A stretch of 63,841 nt of DNA, filler included, from Klebsormidium nitens (taxonomy: Eukaryota > Plantae > Klebsormidiophyceae): assembly GCA_000708835.1 (NCBI GenBank). It is 5 parts of 5 records of this genome, joined end to end, with 100 filler letters (N's around TTAATTAATTAA, not from the genome) between each part and the next. Parts side by side here need not be neighbours in the genome. Positions count along the whole stretch, not along the records: positions 1 to 14,671 come from DF238049.1; 4 more parts are not named here. One strand, 5' to 3'. How positions within the stretch are numbered: position 1 is the stretch's first letter; every line of letters starts with the position of its first letter. A model generated the notes under the pieces. It ran no database searches. It was given only the letters and a program-made list of their open reading frames with translations, and was not told the DNA's origin. The position numbers and the translations under genes were made by a program. Positions 1 to 13,129 of this stretch are shown in pieces.

Positions 1-3000
1 TTTTCTTCATTTCCTTGAAGAGGACGGACAAACTTCTTTGAGAAGCTTTTACGAGGAAGATAGCTCAGAACATCCTCACTTGCCCGATGCCATACTTTAC
101 CGTTTTTGTCGCGCAAAATTGCTTTCCGGTTTGTTTCCGTTCCAACTCAACCGTCGAAGTGATAAGGACCTTCTCAATGAAGGTTGATTCCTCGCACATC
201 ACCTGGACGCTTCATAATGTCGTAATCACTGGGGGCAAGCTTGTAGAACCGGGAACCGTTGAAGCATTCCATCGTAGAAAGTTTTCTTTTGCATTTGCTT
301 GGGCCTGCTCCATCAAGACTTTTGATTGTTCTTGGACGTTCCGAGTAGCTTCTAGACGAGGCACCTGTACAAGCGAGTCCACTGTGGGCTGGTCGACAGC
401 AGCTGAAAGTACGGAAGGAAAAATGTGGTCGATCAGAAGTACTGGCTGACGGCCATATAAACAAATCTACGCGCTGGTTTTGATCGAGTCCTGGAAGGTG
501 ACGTTGTACTTAAAGGCAACCTTCTGGAACTTCGCCCAGTTTAAAGGATGCTCGTTACAAGACGCTTTTAAAGTACACTTTAGAATCTGCATGAAGCGTT
601 GAACTCTGTACCCTGATCAGTAGCGACTTCAAAAGGCAGCCCTGCCGATCAAAAATCTTATCCTCAAAAGCACGGGCAACTGTAGCTGCTTTCTTGTCCA
701 CTAAAACTTTGTCGGACGCAAACTTTGTCACCGAGTCCAAACACACAAAGACGAAGCGCTTCTTTTGATTTTGAATTCCAAACGGATCACACATATCGAC
801 GTGACCACGGAAGTACGGATCAGTAGAGGGAGGTGGATTAAGATTCCGGTCTTCACTGGCTGCCCTACTCGCCTTCTCTTTGATGCACGTGTCACAAGTC
901 CGAGTGAAGCACGAAGTGACGTCAGCCAATTGAAAGAAGAAGAAACGCCGAGCGACAAAAGTTTGAAACTTACCTTGATCCTTTGGATATTGTGCGCCTT
1001 TCTCGTGTTACTCCTTTAAAATGGGTAGAAATTCGTGTTCCCAAAGCACTCGACGAGGACGACTGAAGAAAGAGTCGGCGTTCTTGTGTTCTTACCTTCG
1101 ATGATGGAATAGTGCTTGGCTTTCCGTTTGAACCCTTGACGATCCAATTTATTTTTGAGTCTGGGCGGAAAGGTAGAAGAGCGTTTGTACTAATCGATCT
1201 CGTGAAGCTACTTATGATATGCTTGACGAAGTTCTAGCTTTTGCTCCTTAGTATAGATGTACTTTTTCATGGGCTTTCTTGACTTTGACGACTTAGACGA
1301 CCTTCATTCCGACTTAGTTGGAATTATCCGCAAAGCTCACTGTCCATGTCGATGTTCGCCTGACTGTTGTCCTGGTTATTCGAGTTGTCGTTGTATCTTT
1401 CCATATGTTGTGACTCAGTCGGGAGAAGAAGTACGGGATGAGGACGACTTCATATGCTCGTCATCAAGAGGGGCAGAGAGGTCCACAAATGAGTGAAATT
1501 CGAACGCCGCCCGCCTAGACTGCTTCCAGATGTGGACGTTTCTGTAAGTGTTCTGCGACTGCTTTTGACAAAGCATCTGCATTCAAATGACTCTGCCTTC
1601 ACGATGTTCTACCCGGAAATTGAACTCAGCTTGAAGAAGGTACGACCAACGAGCTAGCTTTCCACTACGCTTCCTGGATTCAGGGTTTTTAGCCAGGTCA
1701 GCGCCCGGTGATCGGTGCGCAAGACAAATTATAGACGACCTCGCAGGTAAACGGAGAAGCGACGAAGACCAAAAATGACAACCAGTTATTCACCTTGAGT
1801 TGCAGAAGGACGCTGCTCTTGTCTCGTTAGAGTTCTAGAAGCATATTCAATCACTTGCTCACGCTTGATACTGGTTTCTCATACCGAGGATGGCTGAAAT
1901 CGCATTCTGCTGGTAGTCCGTGTCCAAGACGTAAGATTCGGATCGTAGCAGCCAGCACAAGAAAGGAGCACAAAGCATTCTTGAAGAACTCGAACGCCTC
2001 CTTGTAATCATTAGACCGGACGAAAGGTTCGGTTTTAGAAAGCATCTTAGACATAGGACGCGCAATGTGTGCAAATTTTGGAATGAAGACTCGATAGTGC
2101 TGAAAAAGATTGAGGACTTGCTGTAAATCGTGCAAACTCGAAGGAGCAACTTTTCAATCGCCTCTACTTTCTCCGGATCCATTGTAATTTGACCGTTTGA
2201 AATGACGTGTCCCGGAAACTTGACGGAATCAATACCAAAGAAGCATTTCTTGGGTGCCAGTTTAAGTCCGGCCCAGATGATACGAGTGAGGACACGATTC
2301 AGATAACGAACAAGATCAGAAACAAAATCTTGTCGATCAGAAACAAAATCCTGTCAATGTGTTGATGAAGATTAGTACGGAAGTGCTTAAGATTCCAATG
2401 AGCAGCATTATCCTGTTGAACACCCTTCAGAAGTGCACGGATGATACCAGAATTCGTATCACGATTTATCTCACGGTTGTGTTCACGCGCCGCTTTACGT
2501 TTTAGCTTTTCCTCACGGAAAGAGGATGAAGTACGGGCTTAATAGGCTCGCATTTGCAAGGAGGCTTGTTTGCATCACGTTTTTGGGCTTTGGAACCGGA
2601 GCCACCGGGAGCTTCGGCATCACGCCTCGATTCCGGCTCACGCCTCCTTTTCCCTACAAAGATTTCTTGATCCGAATCCGTAACTAAACTCTCATACCTA
2701 TACGACTCAGACAAAGCATTACATCCATCCCCACTGCCAGCAAACAACTCTACAGGGGGACAAGTCATTGTCAGGAGCAACGGAATAAGCCTCGTAAGTC
2801 TCAAGAAAGTAAGAAGGACTAGGTGCTGCAGCTGCACCGAGGAAGTTCTGAGCATGTGGCCCTTGCATCTTGCCAAGCTCGGACCCTCATCCCGATGCCT
2901 GCACCAATAGTTGCAGCACGAGAAGTACGGATACTTGGGAGCCTCTTGGGCGTCTCTAACCACATAGTCAGGCGAGTTGCACGCGCAAGACAACGGATCT

Positions 3001-4160
3001 CAAACCACCTTGTTAGGAGCATCATTCCCAAGAGCACTGTTTTGAACGGCAGGAGCAGGCACAAGACCTGACGCAGACGGCGGACGCTGAAGCATATGGA
3101 GCTTAGGCGGTCTTACACCTCTCTTCTGCATGGAAAGCAATCCAGCCTGCTTGCGAAGATTACGAATTTCAGCCCCCGGTTCCTTTTGTTTGCCAGGTAA
3201 AGCAGCATAGATATCCTCAGCACGACGAGCAACTTCAATTTCTAGAACCAATGTCTTAGGATCAGTATAGGAAAGACACTTTCTCGAAGACCCATTTTAA
3301 GATTCCGAATGAAGTCCTCTTTTTGCTTTTCCGGACGTAAGCTTGACTGCTAACACAAATACCGCTGCATCGCAGTAGCATATTCACCGACAGTAGCTTC
3401 ATCTTGCGTGTGATTCAGGTTCTCAAAGAACAACTTGTCCTGATTCTTCTCCCCGTGCTCGAGAAGGAAAGCAGCTTTGAACTCAGCCAAAAGCCCAACT
3501 TTGATTCTCTGGATAAGTCTCGGCCCAAGCACGTGCCTTGCCAATACAACGCAGAGGTGCAAGAGGAGTCATTTTCTACTCATAAAGATTGTATAGGACA
3601 CGGACTTGCTCCAAGTCATTCAACTAGGAACTAGCAGGCCCTTTCCAGTCCCATTAATAATCGGCAAGTATTGCAGATTCGGAGATCCAGAACTCTGAGA
3701 CGAAAAGACACGGACGGGTGCAGGTGCAACATAAACAACCGGAACAGAAGGTGACGGTGCCTGGTTCGGGGCAGCAACTCCAAGACCGGCAAAGCCTGAC
3801 CGCTGACTCAAATCCGGTTGCAGTTGAGAATGGAAAAGACGAGACGAACGGACTTTGACTTGCAAGGCCTTGAAACTGAGCTTTAGCAGGCGAAAAAAGA
3901 CCTGTAGACTGTGTCCATAGCTAGAGCCGACGACAAAGATGCGGACGGACTTGTTTGCAATGCTGGCATCTCAAATCTTGCTGACGGAACATACACACTT
4001 GAAGGCATTGTAGCAACCGGCTCGAAATTGCTCTTAGAAACGGATTCAAACTGAGGCATTTGCGGACGAGATGGATTTGTAGCAACCACAACCGAGAAAA
4101 GAGGACTGGAAGTTGGCGCTGCTGGCGGTATAGCAACATTTGAAGCAGAAGTAATCAAAC
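1..4160 (-). mobile_element. Degenerate Ty3/Gypsy LTR retrotransposon internal region (gag-RT-RNase H-integrase order), many stops and frameshifts
   Basis: Minus-strand translations: integrase CxxC then HVDMCDPF...VCLDSVTKF (555-929); RNase H FVLRTDHRALTWLK and NADA (~1570-1750); RT C-terminus LKLAPKKCFFG..VKFPGHVIS..MDPEKVEAI and FIPKFAHIARPM (~1950-2280); gag-like FFENLNHTQDEATVGEYA (~3350-3560). RT-RH-INT order indicates Gypsy. Confidence 0.85.
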
Positions 4161-4961
4161 CTAAAATCTGATCGTGCTATCAGGATCGTGCATCAGTTCT
4201 GAGCGCCAGCTTTCCTCAAATTGTAGCGGTTGTCGAGCTGTTTGCCGCTCCAGAACAGCGATCAGACGTTCTTGAAGGTCATTTCTGACAAGGAAGACTT
4301 TTCGACGGGACGAGACGAGAAAACCGGATCTCCCCTTTCCAAAATCTCACGAAAGGGACTGCTCAAGACGAAGTTTCTCTTGTAAAACATTATGCAGCTC
4401 ACGTTCCTGTATCTCCAACTCCAACTCTTTCCGTTGCAATTCGTCAATCCTCTTATGTGCAATAGCCTCTCTTTCCGACATTTCAACTCACTTTTAACCT
4501 GAGGAAGCATTTGCTCCTCGGTCCTCATCTTGCTTTGAGTGTTGATCAGACGCTAATGCTGACGCTGAGCTAAAATAGCACTTCAAATTTGATACTTGAT
4601 GTGATCACAGAAGCTACATGGATCCACTTCAAGGGCTCGCACCAGCTCAAGAGCAGTAGGACATTTCTTCATTAACAACTGATAAGTACAGCACTTTGGC
4701 ATTACACAGCCACAATAAGAAGTAGCGGCAGCGAGACGATAGCACATCAACCACCTGACGAAGACATAGTGTATGATTCCTTTGTCATCAGACTTCAACT
4801 TAAAATGCAAATGACCAGCTCAACAAACACCAACGGCCCAAAACAGTGGTGGAAGCGTCACCGTACCACATGTACAATGCACCTCCGGACAAGCTGTAGG
4901 TTGGCACCCGCTAAGGAACCATTGAAAACCTAGAGCTCATCCAACCATAATACTATAACAA

Positions 4962-5395
4962 TGTAACGATCTGCGCTTCTACCAATCTCCTTTCAGATCG
5001 CTAGAGTTAATTATCAAAAGCGAAACCCCTGTTTCTAGGTACAATCTACCTCGTAGCGAACGTACATTTAAGCTAGGCTTCGGGCTTGAAGGCTTGAATG
5101 CGACTTCAATCGAGTCTATAAGTCGTTGCTTTATCGACGGTACATTTGAGCTCTTCTCGCAATGCTGCAGGGCGCTGCATGCCTCTAGGATGGAGCGACT
5201 AACATTGCTGGCTCTTGAATTGGAGCACAGCTATATGGTTGGACGAAAGTTGCTCATTCAACACGCTGGCTTCTAGTCAGAAGCGAGTTTCGCAATTCTC
5301 CTCAAGTGTCGAGCTCCCGTTTACATTCCAAGCTTTTGCGAATACTGTGTTGCTTGTAAAGCATCGCAGGCTCGGGGCTTTACCAGCACGTTACA
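4962..5395. mobile_element. Solo LTR (Gypsy-type termini)
   Basis: Begins TGTAACG (4962) and ends CGTTACA (5395), a perfect 7-bp terminal inverted repeat. Flanks AACAA / AACAG are a 4/5-matching 5-bp target-site duplication. Confidence 0.65.
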
Positions 5396-5619
5396 AACAG
5401 GGTAATAGTGTAACAGCGTAAGCGTAAGAGGAATTTGAGCGCGTAGCTCAAATCACAAACTAACCGTCCACACGAGCATGCAAACACATAAGCCAGCTCC
5501 CAGACTCACCTCTTACGAGCCTGAAAGAATATCAACAAATTAACCAGACTCCAACCAAAATCCGTATCAGAACCCTTACAGCATAAGGATCATCTATCTT
5601 GTAACGATGCCCAAGGACA

Positions 5620-6100
5620 CTCCCCCAACATCATGCAGCTCAAGGCCCAGCATACCACCAGACTACCCCACATATATTTCAACCATAACAAATTCACAGC
5701 TCAATGCTCCAAAGCATGACGACGCATGTGAGGCAACAGATTCAAGAGTCAATGCCCCTTTTTCCAGACACTAAGCAGGTTAACCAGGTTCTTGACATTT
5801 TTTAAGCAAAACAGCCCTAATGAAGATTCCTCTCGAAGTACATCTAAGCAAAGCAAATTACCCTTTGTGGTCAATGAAGATTGGCATAAACATCCTTAGG
5901 CTTTGACAAAGTAGGAATCATATCAGAAGAGATGAGAAGGCTACACACATAAGCCTGCATACCAAGCATTTTAGGGGAGGTGCCGCTCTCGTCCGTTTCT
6001 CCCCACAACATCCACTCACTGGCAACACCACATATACAGCTTCCAAGTAAGAGGTCCAGCAACATTGCCCACGAATAAGTTACGGAAGAAGTACAAGCTC
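5620..6100 (-). mobile_element. Possible highly decayed chromovirus 3' end (chromodomain-like remnant plus polypurine tract)
   Basis: Minus strand reads YMWVVWWYAGP (weak chromodomain resemblance), then GGGGGAG-TG at 5626-5618, as expected for a PPT/LTR junction. Heavily degenerate. Confidence 0.3.
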
Positions 6101-7085
6101 GCCATATTGCCCAGAAGTTTAGTTCAAACTAGCAAGGTCACCCCACAAGCTGTTAGGATGCGCGGCTCTCACAGGGAACATCTTAGCTGGTATGAGGACG
6201 AAATCTAAGCGGGGTCATATCTTGTCGACGGAACCAGAAGACTCCCCTCCCAGAAATTGTCTACTCATGACTGCGACGGCGTATGTACAGTGCAACTCAC
6301 AAATAACACTAACAGCAGACTACCACATGATGTGGAACGCTAAGGGGCAGATGTGCGCGGCGCGGAATGTATTACATGGTGGCTGTGGATGATGCGAACA
6401 CGAAGAAGATGGTGGCTGAAAATAGGCGCCTTACTTAAGGAAAAGCTCCTATGCTAATGTCTCAAAAGTCAAAGTTCTATCTCTTTTGTGTCCCGGGACT
6501 AAATGGCCACTGTTCCCAGAGAATTGGTAATTGACGCTACCTAAGTATAAGTCGCTAAAGTTTGCTTCTCTTCCGTCCGCTTCTAAATAAGTCTCTGTTC
6601 CGGCACGCCGGAAGTGCATGGCACGCTGGAGGTCACATGAAGAAACGATTTCTGACGACCAAACGACCATTACAAGCTCGCCACACCGAGCTGAAGCTCT
6701 ACCGTACAGGCTCTCCGACGAAATCCTGTGCACATTCCGGCCCTAAAACGCAAGCCGGAAGTAAGTACTGAAGGCTAATAAACAGGCCGGAATGTCAAAA
6801 AGCAGGGAACTCCCCCTAGCGGCACTTTGGGTTGAGTCGCGCGCGGCCGCCCGAAACTCTGGTAGACAATTTCCGCAGGTAGTCACTTTTTTTAAGGGAA
6901 CAGCTGTTAGCTACCCCCTCCAATTATTGGTGTTCCGCTATCATAATCTCGTGCTCAGCAAAGCGCTAAAAGAAAGAAAAAGCCAGACAAACCAATGACT
7001 AGAGATGTTTTGAATATACGGACCATGACGACGCCACACGACCCGTACTCCAATCAAGCGCGCTGCCAACTAGATTAAACCTGCA

Positions 7086-7478
7086 TGTTGAGATTTGGGC
7101 ATCTAGTGTGCGCGATCCCTTAAGTGACGTCGACAGCAGTTCGATGAAAACTGGTACTTAGCGATTGGCGGATAAATGCGCGCAAGTTATAGCGTTTCAC
7201 TCGAACGACATATTGAAGTAAAGCCGTAATGAGTAGGTTCGATATAATAGCCATAGATATTCAGATTTGCGCGAAAGTTTTAGACCTGCCTATCCGCGGT
7301 CAACTAAGTGTATTAGGCTATCAATATGGACCTTGATCAAAAGTGTGACTTTACTTGAGTGAGTCAAGCATAGCACACGGACTACATATCTTAGCGCCGC
7401 TAAACTCCGAACACTCGATATGTATCGTGTGAACTTAATCATTCAATCATTCATTCCCAACGACGCCGTGTTCCAACA
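7086..7478 (+). mobile_element. 5' LTR of copia element (family C)
   Basis: TGTTGAGA...TTCCAACA termini, followed directly by a primer-binding site. Homologous to the LTR starting at 13597 (e.g. TAAATGCGCGCAAGTTATAGCG vs TAAATGCGCGCGGGTTACAGCG). Confidence 0.75.
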
Positions 7479-7491
7479 GGATATGGGCCCA
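7479..7491 (+). promoter_or_regulatory. Primer-binding site, half-tRNA-iMet type
   Basis: GGATATGGGCCCA directly after the LTR CA end; one mismatch to the GGTTATGGGCCCA PBS of copia/Osser-type elements. Confidence 0.7.
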
Positions 7492-10400
7492 TGGCGCACG
7501 GCGGCGCACCATCGCGCCTAGAGAGTGAGGGCGCAAGCATTTTGTAGTAAGCCTCCGGGATGTGAAAATTGAATCAATGCGCCAAGCTCGGCCAATGGTT
7601 CTCTTTTGACAAGAAAGGCTTTATCGTGGATCCTCTTTGAGTTAAACAACAATAAAGCCCATAAGACGGCTTCAAATAGCAGAGAGAGCCCAAAAGAAAT
7701 TTCCATTTTTGCTTCTGAGAAAGAGAGAAAGGGAACGCAATCCCTAAATTGCCGACGGATACAAATACCCGTCGATAAGTTGGATGTAGAAACGTATAGA
7801 ACCTGGTGTTCGAAGATTAAGTTTCTTCTAGTTACCAAGGATCTATGGGATGGGGTCGAAGATCTCGTAGCGCATTCAGCTCAATCAAAGAAAGCGTTGT
7901 CCATCATCGTATTATTGGGTTAAATGTCGAGGTCCACCATTTTGGGATCGATTGAGGTTTGCATAACCGCAAAGGAGGCTTGGCATCTCTTTGAAAAGAC
8001 GTTCAAGAGCAACACCAATGCAAGAAAGATGTAGCTCGGGCAAGACCAGCATTCTTTCAAGACGAAGTCGGTGAGGCCCGTGACCATGCATGTGGATCGG
8101 GGGATGTGGAAAAGTATAGAACCTGGTGTTCGAAGATTAAGTTTCTTCTAATTACCAAGGATCTATGGGATGGAGTTGAAGATCCCGTAGCGCATTCAAC
8201 TCAATCAAAGAAAGCGTTGTCCATCATCGTATCATCGGGTTAAATGTCGAGGTCCACCATTTTAGGATCGATTGAGGTTTGCATAACCGCAAAGGAGGCT
8301 TGGCATCTCTTTGAAAAGACGTTCAAGAGCAACACCAATGCAAGAAAGATGTAGCTCGGGCAAGACCAGCATTCTTTCAAGATGAAGTCGGTGAGGCCCG
8401 TGACCATGCATGTGGATCGGGCAAAGGAATTGTATGGGGACCTGGTCGCCACCAGTTTTATGGTGAAACGGGACGAGTTGGCATGGAGCGTGCTTGCGGG
8501 ATTGCCCGAGACGTTCAGTTCCCTAAGAACAATACTAGAAACTTCTGAGAGCGCAATAAACTTGGTGGATGCAATTCTGCCGAAGCTCTTGCTGCTGAGC
8601 AAGGGATTGCGGATTAGCCTAAAGGAAAGGGCGGCGGTTGGTTGGACTCCGCCATGGCCTATGTGACCAAGCGGAAAGGGAGCAATGAGAAGTCCACGGC
8701 AAGGAGGAGAGCCGAGGCAAGGGGCCTCAGTGCTATATTTGCAAAGAGTTTGATCACATTGCCCGGAAGTGCAGCAAGCCGGATAGGCGGGAGCTCAACT
8801 TGTACCAAAAGAATCAAGGGAAAGCTTCCAAGGGAGTGGCCTTTAGCGTGGTTGAGGGGGTAGCTGACGACGAGTGGCTCGTCGATTTGGGTGGCTTCCA
8901 TCACCTAATCGAGGACAAAAGCCTACTTGGAACCCTCGAGATGTTTGGCGGGAGTGGTCGAGAGAATTCACGTTCGGGGAGAAGCGAACCTTGTGGGCAC
9001 TGAGGAGCGGCTCGCTTGAGTTGCGGTGCGCAACACCGACCGGAGAGTGTCTGGTCACTGTGCAGAACGTGATGAGCGTCTCGGGCTTGCGGCAACCTGA
9101 TCTCGGTGAGCAAGGCAACCGAGGTCACATCAGTGTTGTTCCAGGAGAACGGCAACTTTCGGCTTGAGGTTGACGGAAGAGTAGTTCTTGTAGCTCGGAA
9201 AGTGAAGGGAATCTATGTGGTCGACTGGGCGGCAAACGCACAATCTCCAAAAGTGGTTCGAAAGGGGCCACTCTTGGAAATGGAGCAAAAGGCCGCCGCG
9301 CCTGGGAGAACGCATGTTTTCTCTTGAGAAAGCCGGAAGCGGCCGAGCTGTGGAACAGAGGGATGGGGCACGGGGTATGAGAACTTGGCGAAGATGGCGC
9401 GAGACAACCTCGTCGAGGGTGTCGGCGTGAAATCGGGGGCGTTCAAGGCGCTCAAAACCTCGTGTGTGAATTGTGCAATATGGAGAAGCAAACACGGCTC
9501 TTCTTTCCAAAGTTAGAGTCAGTGAGCATGGAGTCTCTCGAGCTAGTCCACATGGACGTCGCGGGCCAATGCCGGTACCCGCGGTCGGGGGGAGCCGGTA
9601 CTTCGCTATGTTTCTGAATGACTTCAACAAGCTCTTGGTTGTAGTCAGCAAGCTCTCGGTTGTAGTCCCCATGAAGCAGAAGAGCGAGGTGTTCAAGGCG
9701 AAGAAGCACGTGATTGACCGACCATCTTCCCCAATTGCAAAGGGGAAGAAGCTCAGGCCAACGCGTACGGATCGGGGGAAGGAGTACGTAAGCAGGGGCC
9801 TCAAAGACGTGTTCGGGGGCAAGGGGACGGTGCACGAGAAGACCGCCCCCTACACGGCCAGCAGAACGGAGTGGCTGGGCGGCTCATTCGGCAACCGGAG
9901 GAGAAGGTCCGGGCGATGCTTAGGATTCGGGGCTGCCCAAAAAAATGTGGGCGGAGGCCGTTGTGACGGCCAACTATACTCGGAACCGGATCCTAAAGAG
10001 CGCGCACGGGAAGACCCCTTGGGAGGCGTTCTATGGCAAGAAGTCCAGCGTGGGGCCCCTGCGGGTATTTAGGGCACGGAGCTACAAGCACGTCCCCAAG
10101 CAGAGGAGACGGAAGTTGGAACCAGTGAGCGAGCATTGTGTGTTCGTGGGGTATGAGGCGGACTTCAAAGCGTACCGGGTGCTCCGAGAGAAGGACGAAA
10201 GGATCATGATTTCCCGGAATGTCATTTTTGACGAAGCCGCGGAGGACAACGGGGTGTAGAATAGGCAACTGAGAAGCCTGTAGTGGAGTCGAAGAGTTGG
10301 GAAGATATCCCGTGAGAGTGCGACAGAAGCCCGCGGAGTGGTATTGGGCAAATGTGGGAGCAACAACGGAAGCCGTGGGAGCCGAAGAGTCGGTTCACGG

Positions 10401-10700
10401 AGTGGAGGAGACGTCCTCGGAGCTTCGACCCCACGAACGGATTTTCAGATGTGGCCGGCGAGCGCAACACCGCGCCCGCGCCCGCAAACGCGCACATGCC
10501 CGTGTCAGACCGCGGCCCCGTCGCACGCCCCATTTCCAAGACCGACCAAAGTGGGCAGGTTTTGGAAATGGTGCGTAAAAGCATAGCAGATCCGGAAGAG
10601 ATTGTTGAAGACAATTGGATGCCAACAACGGCCGCTTAGAGGTACCCTGCGCGAGAGAAACGCGCTTCGGGGGAGTGGTACCACGCCAAATTGGCGGCGG
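7491..10700 (+). mobile_element. Degenerate Ty1/copia gag-protease-integrase
   Basis: Gag YRTWCSKIKFLLVTKDLWDGV; zinc knuckle CYICKEFDHIARKC (8731-8772); protease WLVDLGGFHH (~8875); integrase LELVHMDVAGPMPV..GGSRYF, RTDRGKEY, WAEAVVTANYTRNR..KTPWEAFYG..FVGYE. Frameshifted and stop-interrupted; RT not present here. Confidence 0.93.
7784..8423 (+). repeat. ~320-bp tandem duplication inside copia gag
   Basis: ACCTGGTGTTCGAAGATTAAG at 7801 and 8121; both copies run near-identically through CATGCATGTGGATCGG. Confidence 0.9.
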
Positions 10701-10739
10701 ATGCAAAAGCAAATCATTCCCTTATGCTTGTCACAAGCT

Positions 10740-11283
10740 AGAATCTAACCACCTTACACATAGGCGCTTTCACAAAGAAGCGCCTTTCTCTCTTTAAGCT
10801 TCTCCTAGAATGAATATCATCACATGAAATTATAGTCCAAAATTAGTACATTCCCGTAGCTAGGTGTACTCTAGCCTAGGTCGGGGTTTACTTCCACCAC
10901 CCTCTAGTCGGTTCAACTATATGGACTCCTTTCCATCAACTAGGTATTCACTCTACAACTTACAATACGGCCTATTGTTTCAGTCGGACTTGTGACCGGG
11001 GCACTGTACTACTAGTGCTCGGTATCACCTTGGTAGTACCGTACTACTAGTGGTCGGGGTGATTAATTGCTCGAGTCGACTAACATCTAACGATCCACAG
11101 TCCGAATCAACACGCAATCCGACGGTCGATACTCAACGACACAAACCTCTGATGCTACGGTCGATATTACGCGACTTAAACCACAATCCTACGGTCGATA
11201 TTACAAGACAAAACTCACGATCCTCCGGCTCATATTGAACCTAAGTCAACAATTTGGCCGTCAAACAACTCCGTTTTTTAACA
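10740..11283 (-). mobile_element. LTR family A, minus orientation (3' LTR of a nested copia)
   Basis: Minus strand GGGAG-TGTTAAAAAACGG at 11288-11271 (PPT plus LTR start). The region is the reverse complement of 13876-14401. Confidence 0.7.
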
Positions 11284-11299
11284 CTCCCACGCGTACAAG

Positions 11300-12402
11300 A
11301 TTGTCCCGCTCACACCTAGCCTCTTCCACCCGCTCTCTCCTTTTGGACCTTAGCGTGATCCCCCCCTTCTCGGTCGGCGTCTTCCAGAAGTTCTCGAGTG
11401 TTGCTCGCGCTTATTCAGATAACGTTTGCCGCCGGGCGACACCACCCGCTCCGTGTCCTTCAAAGCTATCTCCGCCCATGCTCCCACGGCTTTTACGGTA
11501 ATTGCGGCTCCCATGTCGTCCCACCGCGGCTCTCACGTCTTCCGTTGCGCCGTGCTCTTCCGTCTCCGTCGGGGTCTCCTTGTCTACCAGGCGGACCTCT
11601 TCCTCCTCGTCGTCCGTGTCAAGGTCCATCTCAATGTTAGAGAAAGAATTGAAGTATCCCCTACGGGATTCGAACACTTGACCGGCTTCACCTCCTCTCG
11701 CTTCTTTACCACTACTAATTTGCGGCTTCCTTGCCGCCTTTCCAATCCGACACTCCATCTCGGCCGGCCCCTTGAGTGCCAAGAACGCTGTCGCCTTCTC
11801 CACCGTCACAATCTTTCACAACTCGTCGTGTGTGAGTTGCTTGCACGGTTCGACGTTGCACACCCCAAGACGACTTTCCCGATCCAAGATGACTTTCCCG
11901 ATCCCCATCGTCGTCGAGGCTTTTTCTCCAAGCTCCTCTATCCTTTCCGTAATCGCTAGCCTCTCGTAGCTTGCGAATTAGCTCTCCTCCGCCATGATGT
12001 GTTGGATGCTCCCCGCCTTGACGAGCCATACACCCGCCGGCGCCCGCGCTTCTTTGCGCCACGCCGTAAACGCCACACCGGCAGATTCCTTCCGGTCCGG
12101 CCGGTCCTCACCACTGCTCCTCTTTGCGTTGCTCGTCTTCGGAAAATTCTCATGGTGTTTCCCCCATGTTTTCATCGCCGTGTCCGTTTCCGCAAACAAC
12201 TTCACATATGCATCCTTTGTGTGCATAATCTTCAAGGACCTGACTTGGTCTTACGCTTTCCGGCCTTTCCACGGATTCGGGACTCTCTGTTGTCACATTT
12301 TTTTGTACACTAGAAGAGCCTTGAACTTCTTCTTCCATGTCGACCAATTATTCCGTCCCAAGACGCGCCGTGCGTTTATCCAACCCCGCCATTTCCTTTA
12401 CG
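11300..12402 (-). mobile_element. Degenerate copia gag/protease fragment, inverted relative to the host copia
   Basis: Minus-strand WLVKAGSIQHIMAEES*FASYERL..ERIEELGEKSL resembles the copia protease W-x-x-DSGA-x-x-H region; it lies next to the family A LTR. Confidence 0.55.
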
Positions 12403-12407
12403 GTAAT

Positions 12408-13094
12408 TGTTGAAACTCATGGTAGGGAGTCGTAGTGTAGTTGAGATGCTCGNNNNNNNNNNNNNNNNNNNNNNNNNNNNNNNNNNNNNNNNNNNNNNNN
12501 NNNNNNNNNNNNNNNNNNNNNNNNNNNNNNNNNNNNNNNNNNNNNNNNNNNNNNNNNNNNNNNNNNNNNNNNNNNNNNNNNNNNNNNNNNNNNNNNNNNN
12601 NNNNNNNNNNNNNNNNNNNNNNNNNNNNNNNNNNNNNNNNNNNNNNNNNNNNNNNNNNNNNNNNNNNNNNNNNNNNNNNNNNNNNNNNNNNNNNNNNNNN
12701 NNNNNNNNNNNNNNNNNNNNNNNNNNNNNNNNNNNNNNNNNNNNNNNNNNNNNNNNNNNNNNNNNNNNNNNNNNNNNNNNNNNNNNNNNNNNNNNNNNNN
12801 NNNNNNNNNNNNNNNNNNNNNNNNNNNNNNNNNNNNNNNNNNNNNNNNNNNNNNNNNNNNNNNNNNNNNNNNNNNNNNNNNNNNNNNNNNNNAGTCACAC
12901 TCAATCTTAGCCTTCGATCTCATCATCTACGGCTAACACTGACGGCCGCTCTCAACCGCCTAACCTCCAAACCGCCTAACGGTTTAACCGTCCAACCGCC
13001 GTACACGCACGTCGGCGTTCACTAGTCCAAACCCTAACTCGGGCCGAACCCTAATCTCAGTAATTCGGCTGACTATAATCACCGAATCTTAACA
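12408..13094 (-). mobile_element. Solo LTR family B spanning an assembly gap, with intact TSD
   Basis: Plus strand TGTTGAAA (12408)...TCTTAACA (13094), flanked by GTAAT at 12403-12407 and 13095-13099. Ends match the family B LTR at 14402 and 17759-18256 in reverse complement. Confidence 0.85.
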
Positions 13095-13129
13095 GTAATC
13101 GTTCCCTAACCGCTCCCAACTTCTACTCA

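Noticed and set aside
4860-5619. A shared LTR linking the Gypsy at 1-4160 with an upstream chromovirus remnant
   Set aside because: The termini match only loosely, there is no recognisable tRNA PBS and no second copy in the window to confirm it.
12398-13025. Long ORFs in the track crossing the N gap
   Set aside because: They are open only because N codons translate as X.
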